NCBI GenBank assembly: GCA_024704765.1
Contig: JAKMXF010000312.1
Location: forward strand, 1 to 64,000
Reading direction: 5' to 3'
Origin: Oopsacas minuta
Lineage: Eukaryota; Animalia; Porifera
Length of the DNA stretch: 64,000 nucleotides
Positions 51,194-61,779 of this stretch are shown piece by piece. The translations under genes were made by a program, and so were the position numbers. The notes beneath the pieces are model-generated. The model did not search any database, was not told the DNA's origin, and saw only the letters and a program-made list of their open reading frames with translations. The number at the start of each line of letters is the position of its first letter. The stretch's first letter is position 1.

Positions 51194-53259
51194 ATGCCAG
51201 GTAACAGGAACCTATTCCCCATCAGAGCTCAGCCAGGGCTTAAGATAGCCTTCTCTGTTATGACGTCATATCTCCTGTACGTCCCCTCATGGAGCAGGAG
51301 GACTATAGAATTGTTCTTCTCATTTCAGAGTCTGTTGTTGTTGACATTATGGGTGTTACTACACTTCACGTTCCTAACCTATCCAACTATCTGTCTTAAT
51401 CAATCACACCTAATTCCTCTTATGAATAACTTGTCTGGTACAGACGTGTTAAGGTTATCATTATGGATAAATTACACTATTCCTATCGTATCATATGGTT
51501 AGTTGTTTGTTTGTTTGTTTGTTTGTTTGTTTGTTTCATTGGTTTCCAATTTAATTCAGCCATTTGTTTACAGTTCCTTCAGATTTGGTATGTCATAAAC
51601 CGAACTACAAAACAATAATACAAACATATTCACAATCAACATGTCCTATGAATATTGATACAGGACAACACAACAGGTTAACTTCAATTATTATTATTAT
51701 TACGTATTGTTTATCTATTTGTTGTTATTGTTGTTTGAATGTAGTGAGAGTATGCTCTATAACCTACTGATAGCTGAATACCAGCTGTCACAACAGGAAC
51801 TATCAGATGAATCAGCTGTTCCTATCCTTCAAGAACCAGAACTATCACCTCATAATCATTCACACTTACTAGTATCAACACTGTGAGTATTGTTACTATA
51901 TTACTGTTGTTATTCACTTGTTTACATGTTTGTTTACAGGCTAGAGAGTATGGAATTCTCCTCGTTTGAAGGTGTCTTGAAGTTGCCACATTCCATAAGA
52001 GACACATTAGGAATTAACACTTCTAGAGTAGATATAGATTATTTTACAGATGACTGTATGCAGGTAGCATTAGGATTCCTACCAGTAGCTGCTCTAGTCG
52101 GATATGATGAGGTTTGTGCCACATTATACACCCTATGCCACATTATACATCCTATGCCACCTTATAACCACTTAATACCTTGTAGTTACTCATGCAATCC
52201 TTCCGTTACCTCAGCAAGTATCACTTTAACTCTACAGGGTATGTACAGGATCTGAGTACTCGGGAGATATACAGATTCTATTCTGCATATTTTGACAGAA
52301 TGCTGTTACTATTTGCATTCTTTCCAATTCTAATTATAGCTCTAATGAGCTCTAACTTATTGTGGTTCTGTCACGTTATTATACATCACATGGCTATATT
52401 TATGAGATTTACAGCTGATCATATCGCCCCTATTTTCATGTCACTCGCTACCTTGACACTCCTCTACGCTCTGTTTGGGATATTTGCTGTTATGACAGGT
52501 CTCCTTAATGATGACGGTCCCCTCTGTCTGATTGTAATGCTGGCTATATTCAGTGCAGACCAGTACTATCTGGTGTTCTGTAATCATCCTGTGTCCAAGA
52601 GACAATGGCCGAAGTTCTTCTATTTGTTCTTGTTTGTGTTTGTTGCTTACTATCTCAGGTTTAATGGTCAGCTGTTTCTATACGCTTTCCTGACATGTTA
52701 CACCTTATTAACCCTCTCTATGGTATGTGAGTATAGTAAACTCCTGTTATATCGAAGCTTAAGGGACCGTGATAATTATACCAATGGAAATGTGACGGTT
52801 TGGGAGCATATTTGTTTAACACTTCGATATATCCGTGTTCTATATAATGAGAGTTGACTGTATTTATTATTTACATGTTATATAGGTGTTATGTGATTAA
52901 TCCTTAGGTATACTTCATGCACAGCTGGGAATTAGTACTGGTGGAGCATGCTATGAGACAAGCAGGCCTGACTATAAATACAAATTCTAATAATAGATTT
53001 AAAACAGCATTCCTGAAGTACCAAGTGTTGCTAGGACAGATTAATAGACCAGTTCATCAGTTGATACAAGTTGAAATACAGGTTTGATAATGTGGTAGAA
53101 ATTGGACCAAATTGGTCCAATTCCTGCTTGACAGGAGGCTAATTTGGGTCAGTTATTTTATTGGTTGATTTGTAGGTGGGTCCAGTAATGGCGCCACCGC
53201 CACCTCCACCACCTCCACCACCTGTACCACAAGCGAGACACAACTCCACACAGCAGTAA
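51194..53259 (+). CDS. TMEM259: Membralin (TMEM259)
   Basis: RRTIELFF..LLHFTF..PTICL, EFSSFEGVLKL, VGYDE|LLMQSFR, ADQYYLVFC...SKRQWPKFFYLF...YYLRFNGQ, YFMHSWEL. Confidence 0.88.
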
Positions 53260-53613
53260 CCTTTAAGAAATCAGCCTTCCTGAAGAGCTACATTCCATCC
53301 AGATATATCTGTTGCTATAGATACATTGTATATTTATTCTATCAATCTGGAACCATCTGTGCCACATTTTGTAGAACTAATTCTATTATTTAATTAGCCA
53401 ATAAATCCTTTGCAATCATCCCATTTGTATTATTCTATTTTTAGTAACAAATTACATTAATATTGAGAAGTAGAATGTGTTGTTTGTTTGTTATTTGTTC
53501 AAGGATTTGACGCTTATAACATACAACAAACAAACAAACAAACACAAATAGATAGGTAGACTACCCTAGCAACACCATTTGAATTAGGAATGTAGCATAT
53601 TAATAGCCATTAT

Positions 53614-56600
53614 ATGTGCGCAAAGAGACTAGCTCTCCCCCAGGAGATCCATCATCCCCTGCATAAAGGTTACATTAACAAGCAGGGAGGTTCTCACAAG
53701 AACTGGAAAACAAGATACGCTATCCTCTATCCACACCTACTTGTTTACTACGTACACTCTGGTAAATACGAGTATGATATAAAGAGAGGGTGTTTAGAGG
53801 TAAATAACAACAGGACACTTTAGCTTATATGAAATATAAACAAATATACTAATTAGTTCCGTAAATAGTTTCGTATTACAATTGCTCCATCACACATTAG
53901 TTAAGAAATTGAATTGAATACTATATTTCATATCCTAACAACCATTAGGCTTTATGGAATGCTGTATCGATTACTCCCTATATATGAGAGTCTACCAGTT
54001 CATTCTACAGTATGTGATACCGTGCCATAGGATAGGGGAATTTCTATTGACGTCATTAGTCAACTTTAAGCCACATTATTTGTCAGATATTTAAGTTGTC
54101 CACTTGTTTATATTTCAAGAGAAACACTTTTTCCCTTGTTTACGTTTGTTAGAGTTTGTTTACTAGTTTGTTTATTTATTTAGAACCGTAAGAATCACGT
54201 TATATTACACGGAGCACAGGTCGTATGCTCCAGGAGCTCTCTAGATAAACTACAATTTGCATTCACTATTATTGTAACAGCTACAGACAACAAACGAACG
54301 TAAATAATAATAATAATAATAGAATAATATGCATAACTCTGTCAGCTGATTGGTTGCTATTGTCAGGAGAGCAGCTGATATTCATTTGTATTATATTCAT
54401 ACACACATGGTTACATACCTATTCTATAAATAGACGTGTTAGCCCAATCAAACTTGTTTCAGCGCCCTAATTAGCCCTCTTATTGTTGTTATTTACAATT
54501 ATAATAGCTCCAGGGGATAGGTACATGGGACGGTAGGACCCCAAGAATTTCAAAGGCCCGATCCTCTAAACCAGCGGTTCCAGTTTGGGAACAGCTGCCC
54601 TATACTTATATCTGCTGTTAATAGCATAATTAGTAGCTGAAACAAGTAATTAATAATCCTATTACCCCTGATAATTAGATTAGTCTATTTATAGCACATA
54701 CGTCATTGCTAACAGCAGTATAATAGAGAGAGATCTTTGGATGGATAAAGTGAATGAGGCTATTAATGGGGGCGCTACCCCTGACACTATTAAGGACACT
54801 AAAGTTCATCCTAAACTCAAACTATTAACTAAAGAGTCAACACTCAGACTACTGGATTCGTTAGTTATTTGTTTGTTTGTTTATTTGTTTGTTTGTTTAT
54901 TTGTTGTTGTTTACAGAAATACAGCGGATTCAGTTAGGAATGCTATGGTAGATAAAGATAGTGAGTCTGATATTGATGATACAGATTCAGAGAATGAGGT
55001 ATACTGATTATTTAGACAATCCATTACGGTCTTATTATATGTATATTTCACACCTAGAATGAGCCACATAGACGTTCAGCAAAGAGTCAGGCATTAGCCA
55101 TTAAAGCACACTCTGTAGCACAACCTAGCGTAAGCGCAGTAACACCGGATGCATGTCTATCTACCACAGCTTCTAATATGCCGAGACCTATGCTACAGAA
55201 GGAAGCTATGACTATGAATCCTGATGTTAGTAATACGAATGATGAATCAGTAATATCTCTAGATGACTCACATCTGAAGCATAGACATGTCACTGGTAAA
55301 CAAACAAACAAACAAACAAACAAACAAATAACAATAAAATGTATTCTGTAGATCAAGTCTCAGATGATGTGATACCATCCTGTCCTGGTGTTGAGATTAT
55401 ACTAACCTGGTCAACACATGTACCAAATACTAGTTAGTTGTTTATAATTAGTCAACACCTTAATATGCTATTTATAGTATCATAACTGTCCTGTAGAGGT
55501 TATGCTGGGTAAAGAAGGGTTCCTGTACAAACAGGGGGGTAAGCATAAGACCTGGAAATATCGTTACGTCATAGCTGTACCCGGGAGATTAGCTTACTAC
55601 AAATCTAAACCACATGGACCTGGCGTGAGTTATAAGTGTTTGTTGTTGTTTTCTTGTTTTATTATTGTTTACTTAGGATAAAGCTATGGGTATTGTGAAG
55701 CTTAAGAACATAGCATGTTCCTCTAAACCTGGTTAGTTCATATTAATCATATGAATAATCTAAACACCTATTTATGTAACACTTCTAGGTATTGCCAAGT
55801 TTCCTAACCTGTTTGAGATAACTAGTAACAGTCAATGGAATAAGAGAGGGTATGACCATGGATATAGTTATATTAAAGTTCTATTTATAGTAACATTCTA
55901 TTTTAGGACATATGTATTCTCAGCTGTATCAGGAGATGAAAGAACTGAGTGGATGGAGGCCCTACAGGTGTTAGAATTAATCATATGTAGAAATATTGAT
56001 CCTCATAACATTGAGTACTAGCATCTCTGTATTGTTTGTGTAGTAATCTCCTAGACAGGAGGTAATTGAGTTTACGTGTTAAGTGGTCCAATTGTGTCCT
56101 CAGTGACACTTCCTCCTCTCTGAGACCACTCAGCTGTTCCACTAGATCTGAGTACTTCCTTGACACCTGAATATAATTCCTTTTAATTGGTGTATTGTCT
56201 CTGAAAGATTCATCTAGTTGACATTCCAAATACTTTAATCTGTAACCAAGTTGTTCACATCTCTCTTCCTTCTTCTTCAACCTTTCATCCTATTAGATAA
56301 TTTAATTAGGGATCCCTGTCCTCCTGCCCCCTGTCCAACTCACCTTGTCCCTCAGAGCAGATCTCATATGTAACTTCTCATCATTTCTCATTTCTAAGCT
56401 GTGACACAAATCATTTTGACCACTTTCTGCCACTTTTTTAAGTTTCCGCTCGATGACGCCTATTTTATCATCTAGTTCTGTCACAAATATTAAATATTTG
56501 TGTATCTGTACATCTATAGGTGTTAGAATTGTGTCGCTATTTGATCTCATTTATAACAGTCATAACATTATTTGTTTATATATATGCATATATATATCAG

Positions 56601-58094
56601 TCATCTGATTGGTTACTGGCGTCTGTTATTCTCTTAATACATGTATGTAATCAGGTGCTAGGAGGAAACTATAAGGCTCACATAGAGGAACTGACGGAGC
56701 TTGAGACCCATAGAGACCCTATTGGTCCTGAATCCAGAGCAAAATCATTTTCAGATGCAATTACTTCCTCTATAGACGAGGACGATTATGTACCCAAGAA
56801 GGAACCGGTACTAGAGACAGTACCAGAGGGTGCAGCCCCTGAACTCAATATTGTACCCTGCATAGAGCCTCTTAGTAAGTTCTTTACATAAAAAACCTGT
56901 ATTGAATCAGCTGATTAATGCATTTATTCTATTTATAGCCACTAAGACTAAGAGACATGTAGAAGGAAACTATGACCTGGATATATCATGTAAGTATATT
57001 GTTTTTGTTTTTGTTGTTGTTTACTTGTTATTCCTCAGATATCACCAGTAACATACTAGTGATGTCATTCCCTTACTCTAAGGAAGAACTTTATAATACC
57101 CAGAAAGGAAGAAATGATATTGATATTGTCGAGAAGTAAGTTGTTTATTTGTTTATTTATTTGTTTACCTGTTGTTGTGTTTAGGTTCCTGAATGAGAAG
57201 TACAACAAATCTTACAGAGTGTACAATTTGTAAGCTAGCAAATAATAATAAATAATCAGCTGATTACTTCTGTATACCTTAGGTGTAAAGAGATGACATA
57301 CCCAAACACAAGATTCAATGGGAACATAGGATTGTTCCCATATGAGGATCATTGTCCCCCTCCCCTCTTGATGTTAGACATCTTCATTAAGGATATGGTA
57401 TGTAGCCACTTATGTGCCACCTTACTGCCACTTTTAACACCTTTTTTGTGTTTTATGTAGCAAAATTGGATGGGAGCAGATTCTAATAATGTAGCTGTCA
57501 TTCACTGTAATTCAGGGAAGGGACGATCAGGCTGTATGGTAGCTAGCTATCTCATATATGCCAAGTAAGTACACGCTTAGATAGGTGTTATATACTTCAC
57601 ACCTAGGTCCAAATGGGCTGGTTCCGATGTGACCAGTATGTTATATTTTAATTAACACCTATTTCCATAGAGAGATGTTCTATAATGAAGCTATTACTCA
57701 GTTTAATACCAATAGAATAAACTTTGGAAGAGTGAGTATATTTAATCCCTATATATACACATTTTCACACCTTTATAACCTCTCATCTCCTAGGGCCTTG
57801 TAATACCCAGTCACCTTAGATACATAAAATATGTAGACAGGATCCGTCTTAATCCAACAGAGTACTCATTCGATAGAAATGATGAGAGAACAATAGAATC
57901 TATACAAATAAAAGTACCTAATGACGCAGGACCAGATTGGAGTATGTACATTCCTTTGTTATTATACGGTAACTATGGTGTGTATTATGTTTGTTTGTTT
58001 ATTTAGAACCATTTGTTACTATTGTGTCTATGGATTCTAACTTGGAGATGTTCAACTCGGTTGTAAGTATAATTCATTGTTTCTAAATTTAGTA

Positions 58095-58147
<53 letters not shown>

Positions 58148-58651
58148 GAAAGAGGGAGTAACTGCTAAGAACACAGTATCTAAAGTAAGTCTGTTTGTTG
58201 TTTGTTTATTTGTTTTGTTTACTTGTTAATTTATTTGTTTACTTGTTTAGCTTATCACAATTCGTGACATAAATCTTGTCATCAAGAATAACATACAAGT
58301 AAATATTTGGGACTTTGATGACAATTTGGATAGTAATGTAAGTACAGTCACATATATATATATATCTGCCACTTGACACCTTGTATAACTTCTGACTATA
58401 TTTGAACTGAAACTATAGAGGTGTTAATACCATATATATATATCCAATAGCTATCTCTAGATGCCTATCTATTCATTCACTCAGCATTCATTACAGATAA
58501 TGTTTTGTTATTCAAGAAGTGTGATGTTAGTTATATATTGATTAGGTGTTAAATATATATTTATATATTCTATTTATAGCTCGACAAGTTGTATAAAAGC
58601 AAGGTACAAGGATTCTCAATTAGTATCCATTTCGCACCTCTCGCCTCCTAG
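53614..58651 (+). CDS. PH-PH-PTEN-like phosphatase (two PH domains + PTP + C2), about 20 exons
   Basis: PH1 KGYINKQGGSHKNWKTRY...ERDLWMDKVNEAI; PH2 EGFLYKQGGKHKTWKYRY...ERTEWMEALQ; PTEN module YDLDIS|YITSNILVMSFP, YRVYNL|CKE, FPYEDHCPP, VIHCNSGKGRSG, GLVIPSHLRY, FKKCD|LDKLYKSK. Confidence 0.8.
55981..56550 (-). CDS. Nested antisense coiled-coil protein gene (2 exons) inside an intron of the PH-PH-PTEN gene
   Basis: ATG at 56550. A GACAAG|GTGAGT donor and a TCTAATAG|GAT acceptor join two ORFs in phase 0, giving about 170 aa of heptad-rich sequence that ends in TGA at 55981. Confidence 0.72.
58095..58147. repeat. (ATT)n microsatellite in a PTEN-C2 intron
   Basis: Perfect run read directly. 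Confidence 0.93.
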
Positions 58652-58802
58652 TCCCCTCGCCCCCTTAGGTACCCATATGTATACCCCTGTGTCTGCTAGC
58701 TTATACCTGTATATATTGAACTTGTGTACAAACTACATTTATTATTTTCAATCTATCTAAACAATAACAACTCTAAAAATATAGTAAAAACAAACAAACA
58801 AA

Positions 58803-60065
58803 TTATTTTGTCACTTTCAAGGGTGGTGCAACAACACTGTCCATCGGTTCTACCTCAGCAACCACTTCTGGTTCTTGGAATGCAGTTACTTCTTGCCACA
58901 CCAAACTCTTCCAATCCTTTTTAGTGTAATTTTCCACATCCATAATATCTTCAACTATTTTCTTGTGAGGAGGGTTCACGTCCTTTTCACTGTACCAATC
59001 CTTGAAATAGGGGTGTTTCAAGGCGGACGCCACCGTGATCCTCTCCTCTACCGGTATTACCAATAGATGTTCTAGTAAATCACGCGCCAAATGGTTTAGT
59101 CCCGTTTCCTCATGTGAGTAGCATAAAAATCTTTGGTTTGGAAATATGGATTCTATGTGGGGCTTTTCATGATATGGTCTTCTCCTGCAGTATTCTTGAA
59201 CCGTAGGCACCAGTTGTGCGAAATATGCCTCATTCGGTGTCCCCCTCACCTCACATACCTTGTTCCACTGGTCTACATAATCCTGTCCCTTCATACAAGG
59301 ATGTCCGAGTATGAGCTCTGCCATTATACACCCCACAGACCACACGTCTACTTCACAATGATACGGGAGACCTACTATGATCTCTGGAGCCCGATAATAC
59401 CTCGTGACGACATAGGGTGTGAATTGACTCTCAATATTTTCTGAGTGTATCATCGATCGGGCTAAACCGAAGTCCAATATCTTAAGACACACAACATTAA
59501 GTCCTTCCTTATCAAACTTAACAACTATATTGGATGGCTTCATGTCTCTGTGTGCTACTCCACATAAATGCATGTACAGTACAGCACTAAGCATTTGATA
59601 TACCATTCCTTGGAGGGTTCTGTGGTCAAATGGGTTCTCCATTTTACGGATTAGAGAGGCCAGGTTGTACTTAGCTAGGTCCATAACCACGTAGATCTCC
59701 TCAAAGCTCTCAATACTTGGATCAGGTGTGAAGAGGTTTAGCATTGAGATTATATTTGGGTGACATAAATTCTTCATAAGGTACAGCTCCCTATAGGTCC
59801 GTTTAGCGTTGGGGTCTGACGAAAAACCCTTTATAAACTTTTTAATCGCGACCCGCTCCCCTCGCACCTGGTCCTCAGCTGACACCACATGGCCCTGAGC
59901 GCCAAATCCTATCTTCTTTTCAACTTTATAGCGAGAAGGGATCGTGAAGGGAATAGAGGTGATTGTCTCCGTATGGAATCCTGGCTTCATTGTATTATCA
60001 GATAAGATGGTCAATATCAAATTGCATTTATAGAAATATTGTGAGCATACTCTTGGTGGTGTCAT
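58803..60065 (-). CDS. JNK: JNK-like stress-activated MAP kinase, intronless and divergent
   Basis: GFGAQGHV, VAIKK, AKRTYREL, HRDMKPSNIVV, DFGLAR, activation loop TPYVVTRYYRAPE, GQDYVDQWNKV. The start may be the second ATG at 59990. Confidence 0.9.
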   Translation of the reverse strand: MTPPRVCSQYFYKCNLILTILSDNTMKPGFHTETITSIPFTIPSRYKVEKKIGFGAQGHVVSAEDQVRGERVAIKKFIKGFSSDPNAKRTYRELYLMKNLCHPNIISMLNLFTPDPSIESFEEIYVVMDLAKYNLASLIRKMENPFDHRTLQGMVYQMLSAVLYMHLCGVAHRDMKPSNIVVKFDKEGLNVVCLKILDFGLARSMIHSENIESQFTPYVVTRYYRAPEIIVGLPYHCEVDVWSVGCIMAELILGHPCMKGQDYVDQWNKVCEVRGTPNEAYFAQLVPTVQEYCRRRPYHEKPHIESIFPNQRFLCYSHEETGLNHLARDLLEHLLVIPVEERITVASALKHPYFKDWYSEKDVNPPHKKIVEDIMDVENYTKKDWKSLVWQEVTAFQEPEVVAEVEPMDSVVAPPLKVTK

Positions 60066-61015
60066 GTTCTCTACCTAACTACTAAGTGGGTAAATGGAAT
60101 GTAGTAACGTGGTGGTATAAGTTCAATTATTTGCAACTGTATTCTGATTGGTTAATATTTGTGGTAAAGCTGTGGATACTTGTTTACTTGTTTACTCTAA
60201 TAACTAGGGGATATCGCCATGTTGTTGTTTACAAATGTATTTGTATTATTTACACAGTTTATACACGCATATTTGCTCCAATATATTAATATGCAAATGT
60301 AAACAGCTGTATGATTGTCAAAATTGTATTTCCCTGATTTTTTAGTTTTTTCCAATAATTAGAATTCTTAGACAGAAGCCAATTTTCAAATTACCAAATA
60401 TGACTTTAAAATTTGTTAATAATTGAAGAGTAATTGTGTTCTGCAATCTTTCCCGCGTTTCCCCGCTTAAAATGGTAAAGTTCGATGCCAGTTCACACGT
60501 CAATCTATCAACCTTTATAATCTTATCAAAATCTCAATTATCTGATTTGATGGTATTGAATAATCTAATTATCCTATGACGTAACAGTAGCTGTAATATT
60601 ATTCCGCAATATCCTCTACACAAATGCCACTTACGACACTTTTTCATGCCACAATCCACCCATAACCCACCACACAATAACTTCCTAGTAAATACATTGT
60701 ATAGTTAAAAGACAATCAGATTAGAGAGTAACCACAAATGATGTATAATTACATTAATACACAGGTGTTTGTAGTTTATACTTATTACATCTGGACAATG
60801 TCCCGTCAGAACTTGCATAATAGAACCTTAAGCGGGTATTTCTTCATAACTGGAGTTGTTGAGGGTATTAATTATTTTAGTGTCATATTATAACACCTTA
60901 TCGTAACTAATGAGTGTTATAATAATGATTATTATTAATATTGTCTTGTCATAATCTGATTTATGATTGGTGAATAGAATCTATCATATTAATTAGTCAT
61001 ATTTGTGTTTACAGC

Positions 61016-61206
61016 TATTATTGTTATTATTGTTGTTATTATTGTTATTATTGTTATTGTTATTATTATTGTTATTATTGTTATTATTATTATTGTTGTT
61101 ATTATTGTTATTATTGTTATTATTGTTATTGTTATTATTATTGTTATTATTGTTATTATTATTATTGTTGTTATTATTGTTATTATTGTTATTATTGTTA
61201 TTATTA
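61016..61206. repeat. Compound (TTA/TTG)n microsatellite, about 190 bp
   Basis: Read directly. It produces the poly-N, poly-L and I/V artefact ORFs. Confidence 0.95.
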
Positions 61207-61706
61207 GAATTTTGTATCAAATTTGATTGTTCTATACTTTTCTGAATAACAGCTGTTATATTCTCAGAACACAGGATTTGATTGGTTGCCACAATTCATA
61301 CATATTTGAGGTAATTAATATTAGTATGACATATTTGTGTAGATTGAGAATTCACACCTATCCGCCAATTTCTGCCACAATTCCACCATTACAAAAATAT
61401 AATTAATAATTCTTGGTTTCAATAAGAGACACTTTAAGCCACAATTCTAGAAATCTATAAATAAGGAATAGTTCTAAGCATTAGAAGTAATTCTGTTGAT
61501 AAAATGAAAGTTTTAAGTTTGTTGTTATTTGTATTATTGTTTGTTTATAAAGTTACACCTCGAGGTTGTTATTATTATTATTATTATTATTTGTAAACAA
61601 ATTTAATATATTTACAATCATTCGAATCATCAGATTAGAGAGAATTTGTAATTTGAAATATTTTGTAATTAGTTTCGTAAAAATAATTGATAACTTTTCA
61701 ACAAGG

Positions 61707-61757
61707 AAACAAACAAACAAACAAACAAACAAACAAACAAACAAACAAACAAACAAA
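61707..61757. repeat. (AAAC)n microsatellite just upstream of the VWA exon acceptor
   Basis: About 12 perfect AAAC units. Confidence 0.93.
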
Positions 61758-61779
61758 TAAACAAAAACACTTCCTCTAG

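Noticed and set aside
52112-52185. 19-bp tandem repeat (TGCCACATTATACAYCCTA x2.5) read as coding in the ORF track
   Set aside because: It lies in a 74-nt GT-AG intron of membralin; splicing it out restores GYDE|LLMQSF.
60993-61292. Poly-Asn protein (and poly-Leu or Ile/Val ORFs on the plus strand)
   Set aside because: Explained by the (TTA/TTG)n microsatellite; similar tracts elsewhere in the window are intronic.
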